A stretch of DNA of 64,000 nt from Octopus sinensis. Its lineage: Eukaryota. The notes beneath the pieces are model-generated. The model saw only the letters and a program-made list of their open reading frames with translations. It had not been told where the DNA came from and searched no databases. Shown here one piece after another: positions 12,021 through 25,832 of this stretch. The stretch is taken from the NCBI RefSeq assembly GCF_006345805.1, contig NC_043008.1, forward strand, positions 65,100,001 through 65,164,000, read 5' to 3'. Position numbers and translations under genes: made by a program. The stretch's first letter is position 1. Every line of letters starts with the position of its first letter.

Positions 12021-13446
12021 TATGGTATGACTACCGTATAATATTACTACACCATCACATATAGAGTATACGCTAATATCTTGGCGGTTCTTCGCATCAG
12101 ACCTTTTATTTCCTTCTGTCGACTTCAGGTTTCTTTTTGTCTCATTAATGAATTTGTCATTTCTCGCATTTCATTTTATTTCTCCCAAAGTTACAAGTAT
12201 TCACGCATGATGTTACACATAATTGTTTTTTCAGTTCATCGACGTCGCTCGATCGTTTGACTGCTTGTTTACGCTATTGCACAACGCGCTTATGGGTGTA
12301 TCCCATAAATTAAATCTCTCCATATATTCGGTACCTAATAAATTCATAGATTTTTTCAACACATAAACATTCCCTTTTTTTGGTTCGACCTTTGAACATT
12401 ATATTACAAACGCGTTCGCTCGTGAAATATAATTTTCTTACCGTAACACCGCACGCTATTTTGTTTGAACTACATAATTTTAGTTTACCCATTTATTCCC
12501 ATGTTTTTGTCCTTTATGATTGTGATTTCACTTCTCGTGTCTAATTGCATTCTGATACTAATGTTTTCAATTCCCACATTCAAGAATTTCCTGCTTGTTA
12601 TACAATCAAATTTTCCAACTGAAAAACTATTTTTTCTTGCTTGATCCATTTTCCTATCATTCTAATTTTGCAGTGCGATTTCGTATGTTCTGTAAAGCCG
12701 CAGCAAAAATCACTTTGCTTTTTTTATACAGACAATCATTTTTAGGTGCATCCCACCACATGCCATACATAGGTCTACATCCCGATATTTTTTTCTGTTT
12801 TTCCTGCAACACGTTGTTTGTCTTCCGACTTTGTTTTTCTGGTCTTATGTGGAAACACTTTCCCTTGCATTTCTTCCGTGTCATGCCTTAATTTTAATAT
12901 CCAGTCACACTCTTCCAACAGTTTCTGCAATGTCAAATCCTCGTTTATTTCCAATTTTGATTGAGTTTTCGTTCGGATTTCTTCATCCCTTGTGTCTGTC
13001 AATCCTTGTACAAAACTCAAACACATGAAAGAATCTGGAGTAATCATATCTAGCCTAAAATCTCTCACATTCTTTGTTGACTCTGCCTGTGTAAGTAGTG
13101 AATTCTTCGCTTCGCTCTCTTCTATGCTTAAACATTTCCATCTTGTATTAAATAGTGAGCTCTTTTCTCTAAATATTTTGCACAAAATGTCAACTGTGTC
13201 GGTGAAATTTATGTCGGACGTTTTTTATTTTTATTTGGCAATATGAAGTTACTATACTTCTCATGCTCTGCTGTTCCTAGTTTTCTTATCACTAGACCCT
13301 TACCCAGCTAACAAGTCTTCCGTATTTTACGATTTTCGTTTCTTTGCACATGATTTCTGTTTGTTTCTTCTCGAGGTATTTAATTTTTCACGTTAATTAG
13401 TTTAGCCTCCACGTGAATTATTTTTTCCCACTCCACGTAAAAATTT

Positions 13447-13458
13447 TCCTCATTGCCA
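13447..13458 (-). other. Primer-binding site (tRNA-Ser GCU-like)
   Basis: TGGCAATGAGGA lies one base after the LTR end. It differs from TGGCGACGAGGA (complement of the tRNA-Ser(GCU) 3-prime end) only at two CpG positions. Confidence 0.7.
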
Positions 13459-13551
13459 CTGTTGTAAAACGGTCTTTTGCCACTGCTGTATCTGTCTTTT
13501 ATCAACAGTTGTCGCTTTGACAGATATTGGTTATATTCTGAAGTTGTCAAT

Positions 13552-13592
13552 GGGGTCGCAGCCCGAAACGTTTGGGAACCACTGGTGTAAAT
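13552..13592. mobile_element. hAT (Charlie-like) terminal fragment
   Basis: GGGGTCGCAGCCCGAAACGTTTGGGAACCACTG, whose reverse complement CAGTGGTTCCCAAAC resembles Charlie-type TIRs. It lies exactly where the 5-prime LTR homology stops. Confidence 0.5.
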
Positions 13593-13937
13593 GATGATAT
13601 GCACTTGAGTTTCCAATCTTTCTTCAATGTATCTGATATTGATGCAGTGAATTAACGAATGCCAGAAAGTTTATTAAATATTAGTTAACATTCTGAATTT
13701 TAAAAAGCTTTTGTGAAAAATAAATATGCACACCTCTCAAAGTATCTGAATATTTTATAATAAATATATATCACTAGACACAAACACACACACACACTCA
13801 CACACACATGCATATATACACATACTCACACACACATATATATACATATATATGTTTGTGTGTGTGTGTGTACATATGTATGCATGTATATATATTTTGT
13901 TTGTTTGTATGTGTATGTGCGTCTATATGTATGTATG

Positions 13938-14003
<66 letters not shown>

Positions 14004-15415
14004 TATGTATGTATGTATGTATATTAGTATTCTCATTTTGTAAAATGGTGTTGCAGAAATTGTAATTTTTATAGATTATTTAGGAAAAAACCTGATGAAT
14101 TCCATTTTACAAATATTGCTGTATGCTAATATTTGAACTTTCATTGCTGATATCATCAAAACCTATAAAGCTTGCATTTAAACTGCTAAATATTAAAAGT
14201 TTCAATAATTATATATATTTTTTAAAATTTACAATCAATCATAGACAAATAATCAAAACATATGAATTAATACTAGATTTAGAATGTATTTCACGTTCAT
14301 TTCTTGCTAAGTCTTATCGGTTAATCAAATAATCGATTGTAAATTGCTAATGCAGTTTCAATAAATTGTAATTTTCTCATGGATTTGTTATATAATTTCA
14401 GTAAAATTTAACCATGATCGATACTGTCCAATTGCATTCATTATCTGTTCATCTTCGTATATGGAGTGTCAATACAGCAATTATTGTGATGAAGCAATTA
14501 ATCATATGTTTGAGATATCTAGAGATACAAACCGGCTAAGTTTCTATCTTATAAACACACGCACACACACACACATAGATATATGTACATGTATATATGA
14601 TTGTGTGTGTGTACACACATATACATGTATATATATATTTATATATGTCTGTATGTATGAGTGTGTGTGTGTCTCTTTCTTCCGGCCATTTCATCATGTT
14701 GAATCATTAAATCCTACACATTTCTTCTCTCTCCGTCTTGTTTTTTTCACTCTCTCCAGTTCTTTGTTCTCAATCTTTTCTGTCAACGAGCGTAGGCGCG
14801 AAACTTCAGACTCTTCTATTGTTCCTGAGCTTTAAACACATACACCTGCTTCTTTCTTACTTCACCTGTCTTCGTCTTTTGTCTTCAGTCTATTTGACCA
14901 TTATATATACATTATAATTTAAATAATGAGTGTGATAAATTGAATATGATGTTCTCTAACCGGCAACATTAACTGTAGTGAATTTTCTTCTGCAGAATTT
15001 TTTCCGGGATTTAGCGCGCCGGAACTGAGACATTTGAAAATAACCCAATGTAACTGGTAGAACTGTACATACGTCTAATTTTATAAGGACAACTCGTATA
15101 TAGTTCTGCTGTTATATTGAATTAGAACGGTCGTACTGAGGAGGCCACGGACGATGTTACGTAAGTAAAATCGTTAATGACGAAATCGGTCTACGATTAA
15201 TTCATTATTTTTGTATATTTTGATCTGTCTTACCCGCTTATGTTCTGGTGTTTGCTGAATTTCTCTAGAGAACATTCTTTTATTTGTGGTTAGATCGTAG
15301 GTGATCTTCTTCTAGCATATTGGATGTCCACTTAGTGGTCATCACTTATTATACGTATATATATATATATATATATATATTTACATATATACATAAACAC
15401 ACACAAATATATATA

Positions 15416-15455
<40 letters not shown>

Positions 15456-16514
15456 GTATGTATATAGTTTTGCATGTGTGTTTGTGTTGTGAATGTTTCT
15501 CTTATAGCAAGGGTACTTTGCCAGGTATCAATTCAATTTCTTCTCCTTAATTATGAAAAATAGAGTGGTTTGAGGTAATTCATAACATCTTTATTTATTC
15601 ATTTCATCGGACACATTTTCGCTTCATTTTCTGCCTTCAACGTTCGTAGAATTTGGGATACTTGCGAATATCATTTTAGTTCAGAGTTGATTAGTTTTGT
15701 AGAAAATTCAGGTAAATTGAAATTTCAATTAATGCATAGAGAGGAAGATTTGTTGAAACAGTTACATTATACAATTTTCTTTCATTGTTTTTTGTATTAC
15801 CAGTTCCAGTCAGAGAGAAATGACTTGCCATAGCAATGGCTATGTAACTGGCGCTTCTACTGTACTTAGATGCAGGTGAATGATTAAGTTTGATGCCCCT
15901 CTGCTCTTACCTGATTTTCTTGCCCTGACGTTGGTTGATTCGTGAGCAATCGCACATAATAGATTGTCATGATGATTCTTGAACTCATGTAGATTTATTA
16001 GTTTCTTTTGCAAGTTATTTAAACGTAGTGGCACATTGACATTTATGCTGATACGGTATATCGTTCTGATTTTCGATGAGGAAGGTGGAGACATCGGGAC
16101 AAGGCAGTGACAAGCAGTTCCATGATTAGTATATCTTTAGTATATTTTTCGAAATCAAAATTAGGCGCGAACCTAAAAAGGTATTCCGTGTATAAATCTC
16201 CGCATATGTAGAGTTTTAACATCTTCAACGTCTCCCAATGCGTTAGATGAGGCATTTATATAACTCCAGGAGTTTCGTTGGATTTTCTCTAAATAAACTG
16301 TAGGTTATATATACGTACATGTACACACACCAGCGCAAAGATATATTGTTCACGCTTGCATTTATATATATGTATGTGCGTGTATGTTTATATATATACA
16401 TATGCATATATGTATATATATGTACATAAATATATGTATGTATATATGTCTATATATTTACATATATATATATTCTTATAGATGCGTATGTATACATACA
16501 TACATACATATATA

Positions 16515-16554
<40 letters not shown>

Positions 16555-16834
16555 TATACATATATATATGAACTACGAAATAATAACCAATATTATTAAT
16601 ATAAATTGATATTAGTTATATAAAAAGCAATTTTCGATAGAAAAGATCACACATACACACACTCTTCTACATCTAATGGGTTTGTTAGACGATTCTGCTT
16701 CATATAATACCTAATATTGAAATATGATCCTTTGACTACAAATTAAATTATAAAAATTTTATTTCTCCGATCGCATCGGAGAAAACATCTTTTGCAATTC
16801 CTACTATAAACTTCAGGATAAATGAATATATTGA

Positions 16835-17098
16835 GGCACGAGCGTGGCTGGTCGTAAAACTTTTGTTTCCCAAACACATGGTTCCAGGTTCTGTTCCGCT
16901 GAGTGGTACCTTGGACAGGTGTCTTCTACCATAGCTGCTGTCCGACCAGATCCTTGTTTCTCGTGTGTGGACGGAAACTAAAAAAAACACAACAACCACA
17001 CACACACATATATATATGTGTGTGTGTGTGTGTATGTATAGGTAGATAGATAGATAGAAAGATGGCTGTTTATACATATGTAAATATAGTTATACTTT

Positions 17099-17150
<52 letters not shown>

Positions 17151-17355
17151 TGTATGTGTGTTTGTGTTTGTCTGTGTCTTTGTAATAGTGTTTTTCTTCT
17201 ACTACTCCTTGACAACAGGTTTTGGATTCTTTACGTCTGCGTAAATTAACCCTTCAGCATAAGAGAGCAATAGAGTAAGTATTAGGTCGGCTCCTTCGAC
17301 TACAGCACTTCAAAACGGTGCACAAGTATGGCTGCAGTCTAATAGCGAATAAATT
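16835..17355 (+). mobile_element. tRNA-derived CORE-type SINE (octopus OK/OR-like), diverged and microsatellite-expanded
   Basis: tRNA-like head, CORE-like ACCTTGGACAGGTGTCTT, and the same body and tail order as the copy at 25432-25832. Confidence 0.75.
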
Positions 17356-19091
17356 AAAGATGGAAGGTGAAAGTAATCTTTTCGGATGACAAGTACCGCA
17401 CTTACTCCAACAACGTGACATCTTGGACAAGAAATTGTTGCTATAAATCTGAGCTGAACAATGCTCTATAGTTGAAATTCTTTAGTCTGTATATACATAG
17501 ACAGCCCGTCGGAGGTCTACGTAGTCCAACTTTTCTTCTCTTACATTTAGGCTATGGGTATCACCAGCGACCTATTCCTGTCAGGGAACGGATTTTTAAC
17601 ATGTATTTATATGAAAAAATTTGAATATATGTTCATAGGTTCAAATAATTTCAAATCAAGAATTATAATGTCCGTTCATGGACAGATATATAATATTATT
17701 TTCATCGCTTTCGCTTTTATTTATTTGTTGTTAATACGAAAAATTTCCGAAATATTGTTTCAAATCAACATTAGAGTGTATTGATTTAACTTTGAAGTCG
17801 TGCAGCAGTGTTGAATTGAAGTAGGATGGCCATGTGAGTGGAATGTCATCACAAAACGATTGCGAATGTATATCTTAGACAATGCAAAGATTTTGCGAGA
17901 AAAGAGATTATTTCAGTAACCTAATCATGAATTGCAAATTTTAGTGAGTTTTTTTCGCAGCTTTCGTGGATCCCTATGACTCTGTCGCCATCCAATCCCA
18001 TTATTATGAATTTTTATTGGGGGTTTGCGTCATGCTGAATCTTTCAGGAGCTGATTACACAATCACGGACGCCAACCCTTAGGGATACGTTGCAGTTACT
18101 TTGTTGATAGAGCTTGGTGATCCTGAGCTTTGATCTTCTGGGATTCTTCCACTCAGCATCGTTATAAGAAACACAGTTGGCTCAGTTGAGCTTTTCCACT
18201 ACCTCTTCAAAATACGCTATACTCTACTCACATGATCTTGCCGTGTAACTGGCAGGGTGGCTGAATGGGTGCAACGCCTTGTCAAAGTGCAACTCGTAAC
18301 TATATATTTTCAAATTACCCGCATACCCTGATGTGTAGTAGGTTGATAATCAGTGTATTACATTGTTTATTTAATCTCTGAATACTTTTTATAAGTGGGT
18401 ATATTCTGTAATAAGAGGATCGAAGTTAAAAATTAGAAATTATATCTTGTGATTTCATTGCTATTATGGGGTTCATTTTTCGTTGAAAAAACCGCCAGTT
18501 ATATTTAGTTTCAAGTTCATGAGTAGTTTGGCATCGGAGAGGAATGGTGTGACTGCATGATATGGCTAGGAAGGTGTGTGAAAGTTAACAATGAGGAAAA
18601 GGATTATTTCTAAACTGTTCGATGGCATGTCTATTAACATGATAGAAAAACGAAACTTCAGATTTTCTTGTTATTTAAAATTATTATGATCATTTTTAGT
18701 ACAAATAGTTTTAGACGCTGATGAGTGCAGTTCGTCATTAAGAGATCGATATTTTAAGTAAGCGTATGTGATTTTTCAGGACCTGAGTATTTCAATGTTT
18801 AGAGATTTCTATTCACACTGTAGGGTGTCTGACTGATTGAAAGAATCCTTATTTCTTTTACATTGAACATGTAATGTGAAAATTTATCTTCTGAATAGAA
18901 AATTTTTCATCACGTGCAACAACCCTTCGAACGTTGTATTTTCCTAAAAGCCAGGTAAACTGAAAGCAGTTCATCCGATTACTTACACATCTTTAGTTAT
19001 TTCTTTGCGTCTTTATGTATCGATATGGGTATATGAGAGTAATAATTTTTATACATTTTCCAATACCTTTACGTACATTTACAATGAATGC

Positions 19092-19135
<44 letters not shown>

Positions 19136-19805
19136 GTCACACAAACATACACATGTATGTATGTTTGCATGTACGTACGTATGTATATATGTTTGTATGT
19201 ATGTATGTTTCCATGTACGTATGTATGCATCCATGTTTATATGTATGTATAGATAGATATGTTTGTATAGATATATATGCATATTTATTTGCACATCTAT
19301 TTATATATGTGTGGTTATCTGTACATTGCTTTCATATATTCATTCTATCAACAAGATTTAAATCGTTATTGAAAAGCAGATGATGAGAAAGGCAGAATTC
19401 CATGAAAAGCAAGATTCTATGAAAACAGTACCATATTCAGAAATAATTCTTTAGATATCGTTTTTGGTTTTCAGATAAATTATTGGTCGCATTCAGTTTG
19501 TCACGCAGCGTGCGCATGTTCACTGCACATGTTTTCAATACAGAGAAACTGCATGTTTATTGTAACAGTTTAGAGTAAATATTGCATCGAGATAAAATGT
19601 CATTCATGAAAATGCATAGAAACATATGTGTGTGTGTGTGTGTGTATCCGTCCGTGTGTGTGTTTGTGTGTTTGTGTGTGTGTGTTTGCGTGTGTGTAAA
19701 CACTTTTTTCACATACAATAACATGCACTGCATATGCACGCAAGCATATACACATACACACACATATATATATATATATATGCATATATGTGTGTGGGTG
19801 TGTGC

Positions 19806-19842
<37 letters not shown>

Positions 19843-20764
19843 AAACCAACAGAACTATTTATTAACTTATATGCAAAGCCTTTCTCCTATGACTCTTCCC
19901 TCAACGTTTTCAATTCTCATTTTCCTCTTTCTCACTGTTTTTTTTTTATTACTATTATCTATTCATTTATTCACAGTCTCTTAAACTCTCTCAATATCTA
20001 TTTCTCCTCTTACGCTCTTTATTTTGCTTTCTATCTTTCTCATAACTATCGTATCATTTAAGTAGAATACATTTTCAAAGCCGAAATAAAGAACCAAAAA
20101 GAAAAATAATAATAATAATAAAACTAATAAAAACTTCAATAGATAGAAAGAAATGCCAACGATATATTTCTCATTTCTTCTGAAGATAATTGGCTCTGCA
20201 ACTTATTGCGAATCAGGATTATTTCAAATGAGGACTTCCGTTGATATAATATATTAAGCACTTCGATAAACACATATATTCTAATAACAGTAAAAGAAAC
20301 ACAAAAGAAACAAAGAAATAAAACAGTATGTGTCATCGTGTAAAAAAGTACATAATAATATGGGCATTTCATGTAGATCGTGTAACATATGGCTGAAGGT
20401 AGAGTCAGAATCTCAGACAGAATCCCCTGCCGTGTTTCGTAAACTCCTTTTTATACCCTGAGTTCGGAGGTCCTAGATTTATTAGGCACCCCGCTCATCG
20501 GTCAAGTATGGCCACGCAACAGTACGTGTATGCATTGGCAAGAACAAGCTGTTTTGAAAAAGAGGTGAGATTGCGAGATTGCCGTGTATACAAGTCTCAC
20601 CTCTAAACGATACAGATCTTCTCTCAAGAGAAAGAGCTGCTGTTAAATGCGGAAACATTTTGGCATCTGTTGTGTGAGGTACATCGCTGACAGTGCATAA
20701 GTGACTGCCAGATACAAATCCTTATGGCCAACAATTTAACGAATTTGCCAATCCCTTGCCCCGG

Positions 20765-20880
20765 ACTGGTGTATTTTTGATCGACTCAACAAGGATTAAA
20801 AGCAAAGTTCACCTTGCCAGGATTTGAACTCGCAGTCTAGGAACTCGGACTAATTACTGCGTGGCATTCTATTCAAAGTT
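20765..20880 (-). mobile_element. Diverged Nin/Deu-domain SINE fragment
   Basis: Similar to the units at 51942-52710 (GATCGAC...AAGGAT...GCAAAGTT...GGATTTGAACTC). Confidence 0.6.
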
Positions 20881-22701
20881 CTAATTTTTCAATTCACCTC
20901 CTGAATCAGACTTCAGATTTTCTCTGTGGATGTCGATACCAAACAAACCAATCGAGTACAAACGACTCTGTAATAGACTGCTGGCTTATACTGGTTTCTT
21001 GCTCGTAGAGCCTGTTCAAGTTTTCAGTAATGAGCAATCATAGAATAAAATTTACCTACAGGAATATGTATTCAAGGCGTCTTATAGATTGCACAAAATT
21101 TATTAGACAGAGAAATAAAGTCAATGAAAAATTCTGATCTCGGAACAAAAAAATGTTTTATAAAATAAAGCTAAAAAATGGAAGAAATCGCTTAATCTTT
21201 CTTGGGAGTGTTTTTATTGTTGTTCCCAGTTTCATCTTATTGTTCTGATGCAATTGGTACGTGCCTTTCAACACTCCCCTGTGCTCAAAAATACTTTGAG
21301 GATAGGATGTAGTTGGGTGACAATCATTGGAATATCCGTTAGATATTATAGATTGTGTGAGATGTATTTGAATTTGCCTCCCATATGTATATGCCGTAAT
21401 GTCTATATAGACAGTGGTAGGCACATTATTTCATACCCTAACGAGGTTACAGACATAAATGGAGATCTTTCCACACTTCAATCATTAAATAACTTCTTTA
21501 GGGAGTGAAAGAAAATATCTTCAGCTTTGTTTCGAAAAATTCAGTTTAATTACTTGAGATACTTTTTAAAATTTTATGATAAACATTTTCTTGGGCTCGC
21601 ATGTTCCCTTTCTTCGAAGTGAACACTTTAAGGCTCTCTTCAAAGCATTAGGCAGTGATGTAAGCTTGGTAAAAAAAGTTCCAAGAGAATTTATTGAATA
21701 AATTGATTAGTAAATGAGAATGATTTCTTAGATTGTTTCAGTGTTTCGGATTTGTGTTTAAGCTGGAACAAGCAGTCGAATTTAACGATTACAAGGAATG
21801 TTAATTTTGTGAAACTCAGAACGAGGAAAGAAAAAATTTATATCAGTGGGGTCTTGATATTAGAGTGTATTTAATAACCAAACGGCATTTTTTCTGCGTT
21901 CTGACGATACGGTCACCAATCGTTTTTTTTTTCTACAATGCTTTGGCCATTCTGCTTGCACCCCAAAACAAAGATCAATAAATTCGATATATCAATTTTT
22001 GATGTAAATACGATCAGCAACAAGTGGCTTTATGTCCACAGCTGAAAAAACTATTTTTGTTAGTCAATGTTATGTGTCGATAGAATTTCGTGTGTAGTTT
22101 TATATGAAGCTCACATCGCTCTCTTATATTAAGTAGATATTCATAAAATGTTTATCACAAAATAAAAGCAGAGAGAAACAGTTCGAAGTTTCTAGGATTG
22201 CAACAAATGTCGGAAACTTTTGAGCATCCGATTATAAAAGTGTGCTGTCTCCAATGAAATGTAAAAATTCTTTCCATCACGATAATTTCTTTCCAACACA
22301 AACGTATCAAAACATATGGTTTTAATCTGATTGCTCGATATCTAATTGGACTAACAATGTCGTAACTTGGCGGCCGATGATCTCGTGCTATCTTTCATGA
22401 GGATTTCCACTGCAAAGTCATACCAGGCACATCTAATTTAGATAGACAAAATGGATTTAAAAAATGGGCTACTAACATGTCGCATGATGCATTCGGAATA
22501 TTCGTAAAGAACAAAATATATATTTACATACAAACATATATCTGTATATATATATATTTGTAAGACGAGATACACTGCATAATCAAACCTACGAAGAAGC
22601 GATGCAACATGAGTCAAATTGATCGCTCTGACTAATAAAGGATCACATGAATTCGTTTTTCCCTTTCTGTTGTTTTATACACACACACACACCACACATA
22701 T

Positions 22702-22739
<38 letters not shown>

Positions 22740-23053
22740 GGTAGAATATATATAAAATATATAAAATATATAGAATATATATAAAATATATATATATTTT
22801 GGTAGAATATAAGTTAACAACATTTAGGAATGGAAAATTAACCAAAGGAGTTACGTAATATTATTAACTTGACAGCTGTTTCGGGTAACCCTTGGTGCAT
22901 GTCATAACCACGTTCGTTATTGAGTAAAGGAATATAATTTTGTAGGCGTATGGAATAACGTGATCTGTAATGCGTCCATGAATCAGATTTACGTCAAACT
23001 TACTGGAAGAAAGTGTCTACAAGTCTACATCACACTAATTGATATATATATAC

Positions 23054-23104
<51 letters not shown>

Positions 23105-23825
23105 CATACAAACACACACACAGACACACACACACACGCATACACACACACATATATATATATATATATTATATACACATAATAATTAAATAAATACACA
23201 CATGTTTGTATGCTTGCTTCTGTTTGTGTGTGTGCACATCTTTTGCAAAAATGTATATTTGTATTAACCATCTTCCTTATTCTACAAATTCTAATTACAG
23301 TATTTAATGTATAAATATTCCGTGGTTTTGCGCCATTCTTAAGTTGCAATCTAATATATCAAATTTTAACACGATATATCATTAAATGACTAGCTTCCCT
23401 CATGTTATTAAAAGGGCAATAATCGCTTCCTATTTTCCCAAGTGTATTCTGTTTGTTAGCATTTAATCATTGAATGATTTATATCTAACTGAAAGAAGAT
23501 AATTTTGAAGCCAATCCAAATTATCAAATGGAAAGATAAAACAATTTTTAAAAAAATAACTAAACGACGCTGTAATACATATAAACAGATAAAAACGTTT
23601 AATTACTCCATTCCGGAAGTCGAACAATTAAAAATAAAGAATGAGATCAAACTGATAAAACTTCGTATTTATATCAAGATTGTTGTCGTATGATAAAATT
23701 GAAATAGAGAGAAATTAATACTATTCTATACTACACTTTTATTTTATTACATTTTGTTATTAGAATATATGAGCAAGACAGAGAAAAATGATGCAAGAAC
23801 AAGATGGAAAATGACAGAGATGTAG

Positions 23826-23886
<61 letters not shown>

Positions 23887-24456
23887 CAGAGACGTAGAGA
23901 GAGAAAATTGTCATAGTCCATAAGGACTTATTGATTGTAATTATTTTAATTATTAATTGCACTCTAACGTCAAGCATTTGTATTTGAATAAAATTACAAT
24001 AAGTGATACTCATGAAGCATATGTAGTGGGTGAGATGGAAGGATGGTGAATGTGCATTGTTGCGAGAAATATGCAAAGTGAACATGTACATATATATATA
24101 TATAATTCTTTAGCTCGATTAGTATTGATAATGACTTCGAAGTTTCGGTGAGCTAAGCCATCGTGCTACTAAATATATACTCTACGAAAGTATGGATTGA
24201 CCCTATAGATTAATGTAAATGTCTCTGTTATAACTGAACATAAAAAGAAACATTAATAGACACATACATACATACATACATACATACACCTTTTTTCGCT
24301 CCTTGTTTCTCTCCTTGTTTTTTTTCTGCATCCCTTTCTGTAGAATAGCGTAGGCTGGAAATGTAAAATACTTTTTCTATTCCTGAGGGTTATACTAATA
24401 CATCTGTTTGTTTTGTACACCACCTATCTTTGTCTTTTGTTTTTTTCGTAAACTCT

Positions 24457-24529
<73 letters not shown>

Positions 24530-24751
24530 ATATGCATACATACGTACGTACGTATGTTGTCCGTAGACGAAACTATAAAAGCTTCAGGTGTGCAAAATAG
24601 TTTCAGATTCTTTGAATTCCTGAGTAAGCGGCTATTATTTCACAGCTTTTCTTCTCATACATGCAATGTCTTCACTACGACGGGACGATTATTTTACTAG
24701 CCTATACTTGGAAGTCACTGTCAACAACAATCTTGTTTATGAATAATATAT

Positions 24752-24905
24752 TTGTCGTGGCACTCCGGCGGTTACGACGACGGGGGTTCCAGTTGGTCCG
24801 ATCAACGGAACGGCTACTCGTGAAATTAACGTGCAAGTGGCTGAGCATTCCACAGATACGTGTACCCTTTACGTAGTTCCGGGGAGATTCAGCGTGACAC
24901 AGGTA
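24752..24905 (-). mobile_element. 3-prime part of a SINE-like repeat with an RTE-like tail
   Basis: The minus strand ends ...GTCGTAACCGCCGGAGTGCCACGACAAA. It is GC-rich relative to its flanks and recalled as an abundant octopus repeat (unverified). Confidence 0.55.
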
Positions 24906-24920
24906 CAACAGAAACGGGGA

Positions 24921-25160
24921 CGAAAGGCGGCGAGCTGGCAGAAACGTTAGCACGCCGGGTGAAATGCATAGCAGTTTTTCGTCTGCCGCTACGTTCTGAG
25001 TTCAAATTCCGCCAAGGTCGACTTTGCTTTTCATCCTTTCGGGTTCGATTAAATAAGTATGTTACATGTTACGCATCGGGTCAATATAATCAACTTAATC
25101 CATTTGTCTGTCTTTGTTTGTCCCCTCTGTGTGTAGCCCCTTGTGGGCAGTAAAGAAATA
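24921..25160 (+). mobile_element. Nin/Deu-domain tRNA-derived SINE, monomer
   Basis: Head GGCGGCGAGCTGGCAGAAACGTTAGC, B-box-like GAGTTCAAATTCC and Nin-like TTTCATCCTTTCGGGTTCGATTAAATAAGTA. Imperfect TSD AGAAAC(A)GGGGA at 24910-24920 and 25161-25172. Confidence 0.85.
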
Positions 25161-25253
25161 AGAAACAGGGGAGAAAGAGTGAGAGAAAGTTGTAGTGAAA
25201 CAAGCACCCACACACGTATATATATATATATATATATAATATATATATATAAC

Positions 25254-25304
<51 letters not shown>

Positions 25305-25431
25305 CATACGTACGCACATGTATATATATATATATATACATACACAACTATATATATATAGACATATATACATACATTTATATATATATAAATAATATAA
25401 ATAATTATAAATATATATATATATATATATA

Positions 25432-25832
25432 GGCGCAGGGATAAATAGCTTGCTTGCCAACCACATCGATCCGTGCCACATTGGGCAAGTGTTTTCTGCT
25501 ATAGCCTCGGGTCGACCAAAGCTTTGAGTGGATTTGCTAGACGGAAACTGAAAGAATCCCGTCGTACGTATATACATATATTCGTGTTTGTCTGTGTGTG
25601 TGTGTGGGCGTGTGTGTTTGTGTGTGTGTGTGTCTGTGTTTGCTCCCAACATCACTTGACAACTGACATTGGTGTGTTTACGTCCTCGTACCTTAGCGGT
25701 TCGGCAAAGTGACCGATAGAATAAGTACTAGGCTTAGAAAGAATAAGTCCTGGGGTAGATTTCTTCGACCACAAACTCTCTAAAGCTGTGCCCCAGCATA
25801 GCCGCATTCACATGACTGAAACAAGTGAACGA
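25432..25832 (+). mobile_element. tRNA-derived CORE-type SINE (octopus OK/OR-like)
   Basis: GGCGCAGG head with an internal deletion, CORE-like TTGGGCAAGTGTTTT, central (TG)n, and tail CCAGCATAGCCGCA...TGACTGAAACAAG. Homologous to the copies at 16835 and 61616. Confidence 0.85.

Larger units (their letters stand above)
10372..13551 (-). mobile_element. Decayed Ty3/gypsy LTR retrotransposon, Mag/K02A2.6-like
   Basis: Contains a 5-prime LTR remnant (13460-13551), PBS (13447-13458), gag (RKLGTAEHEKY...SLFNTRWKCL...VQGL), zinc knuckle, protease (MQLDTRSEITII) and integrase (LHVGHPGISRMK...HIDFVG...RFGVPDIIVSDN...PYHPRSNGRAERFV). A purine tract and the 3-prime LTR (10372-10676) follow. RT and RNase H are absent. 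Confidence 0.92.

Noticed and set aside
24790-24905. Twister/HDV-like ribozyme appearance (TTAACG, GTGACA motifs)
   Set aside because: The required pairings cannot be built in this copy, and the motifs lie antisense to the inferred SINE transcript.
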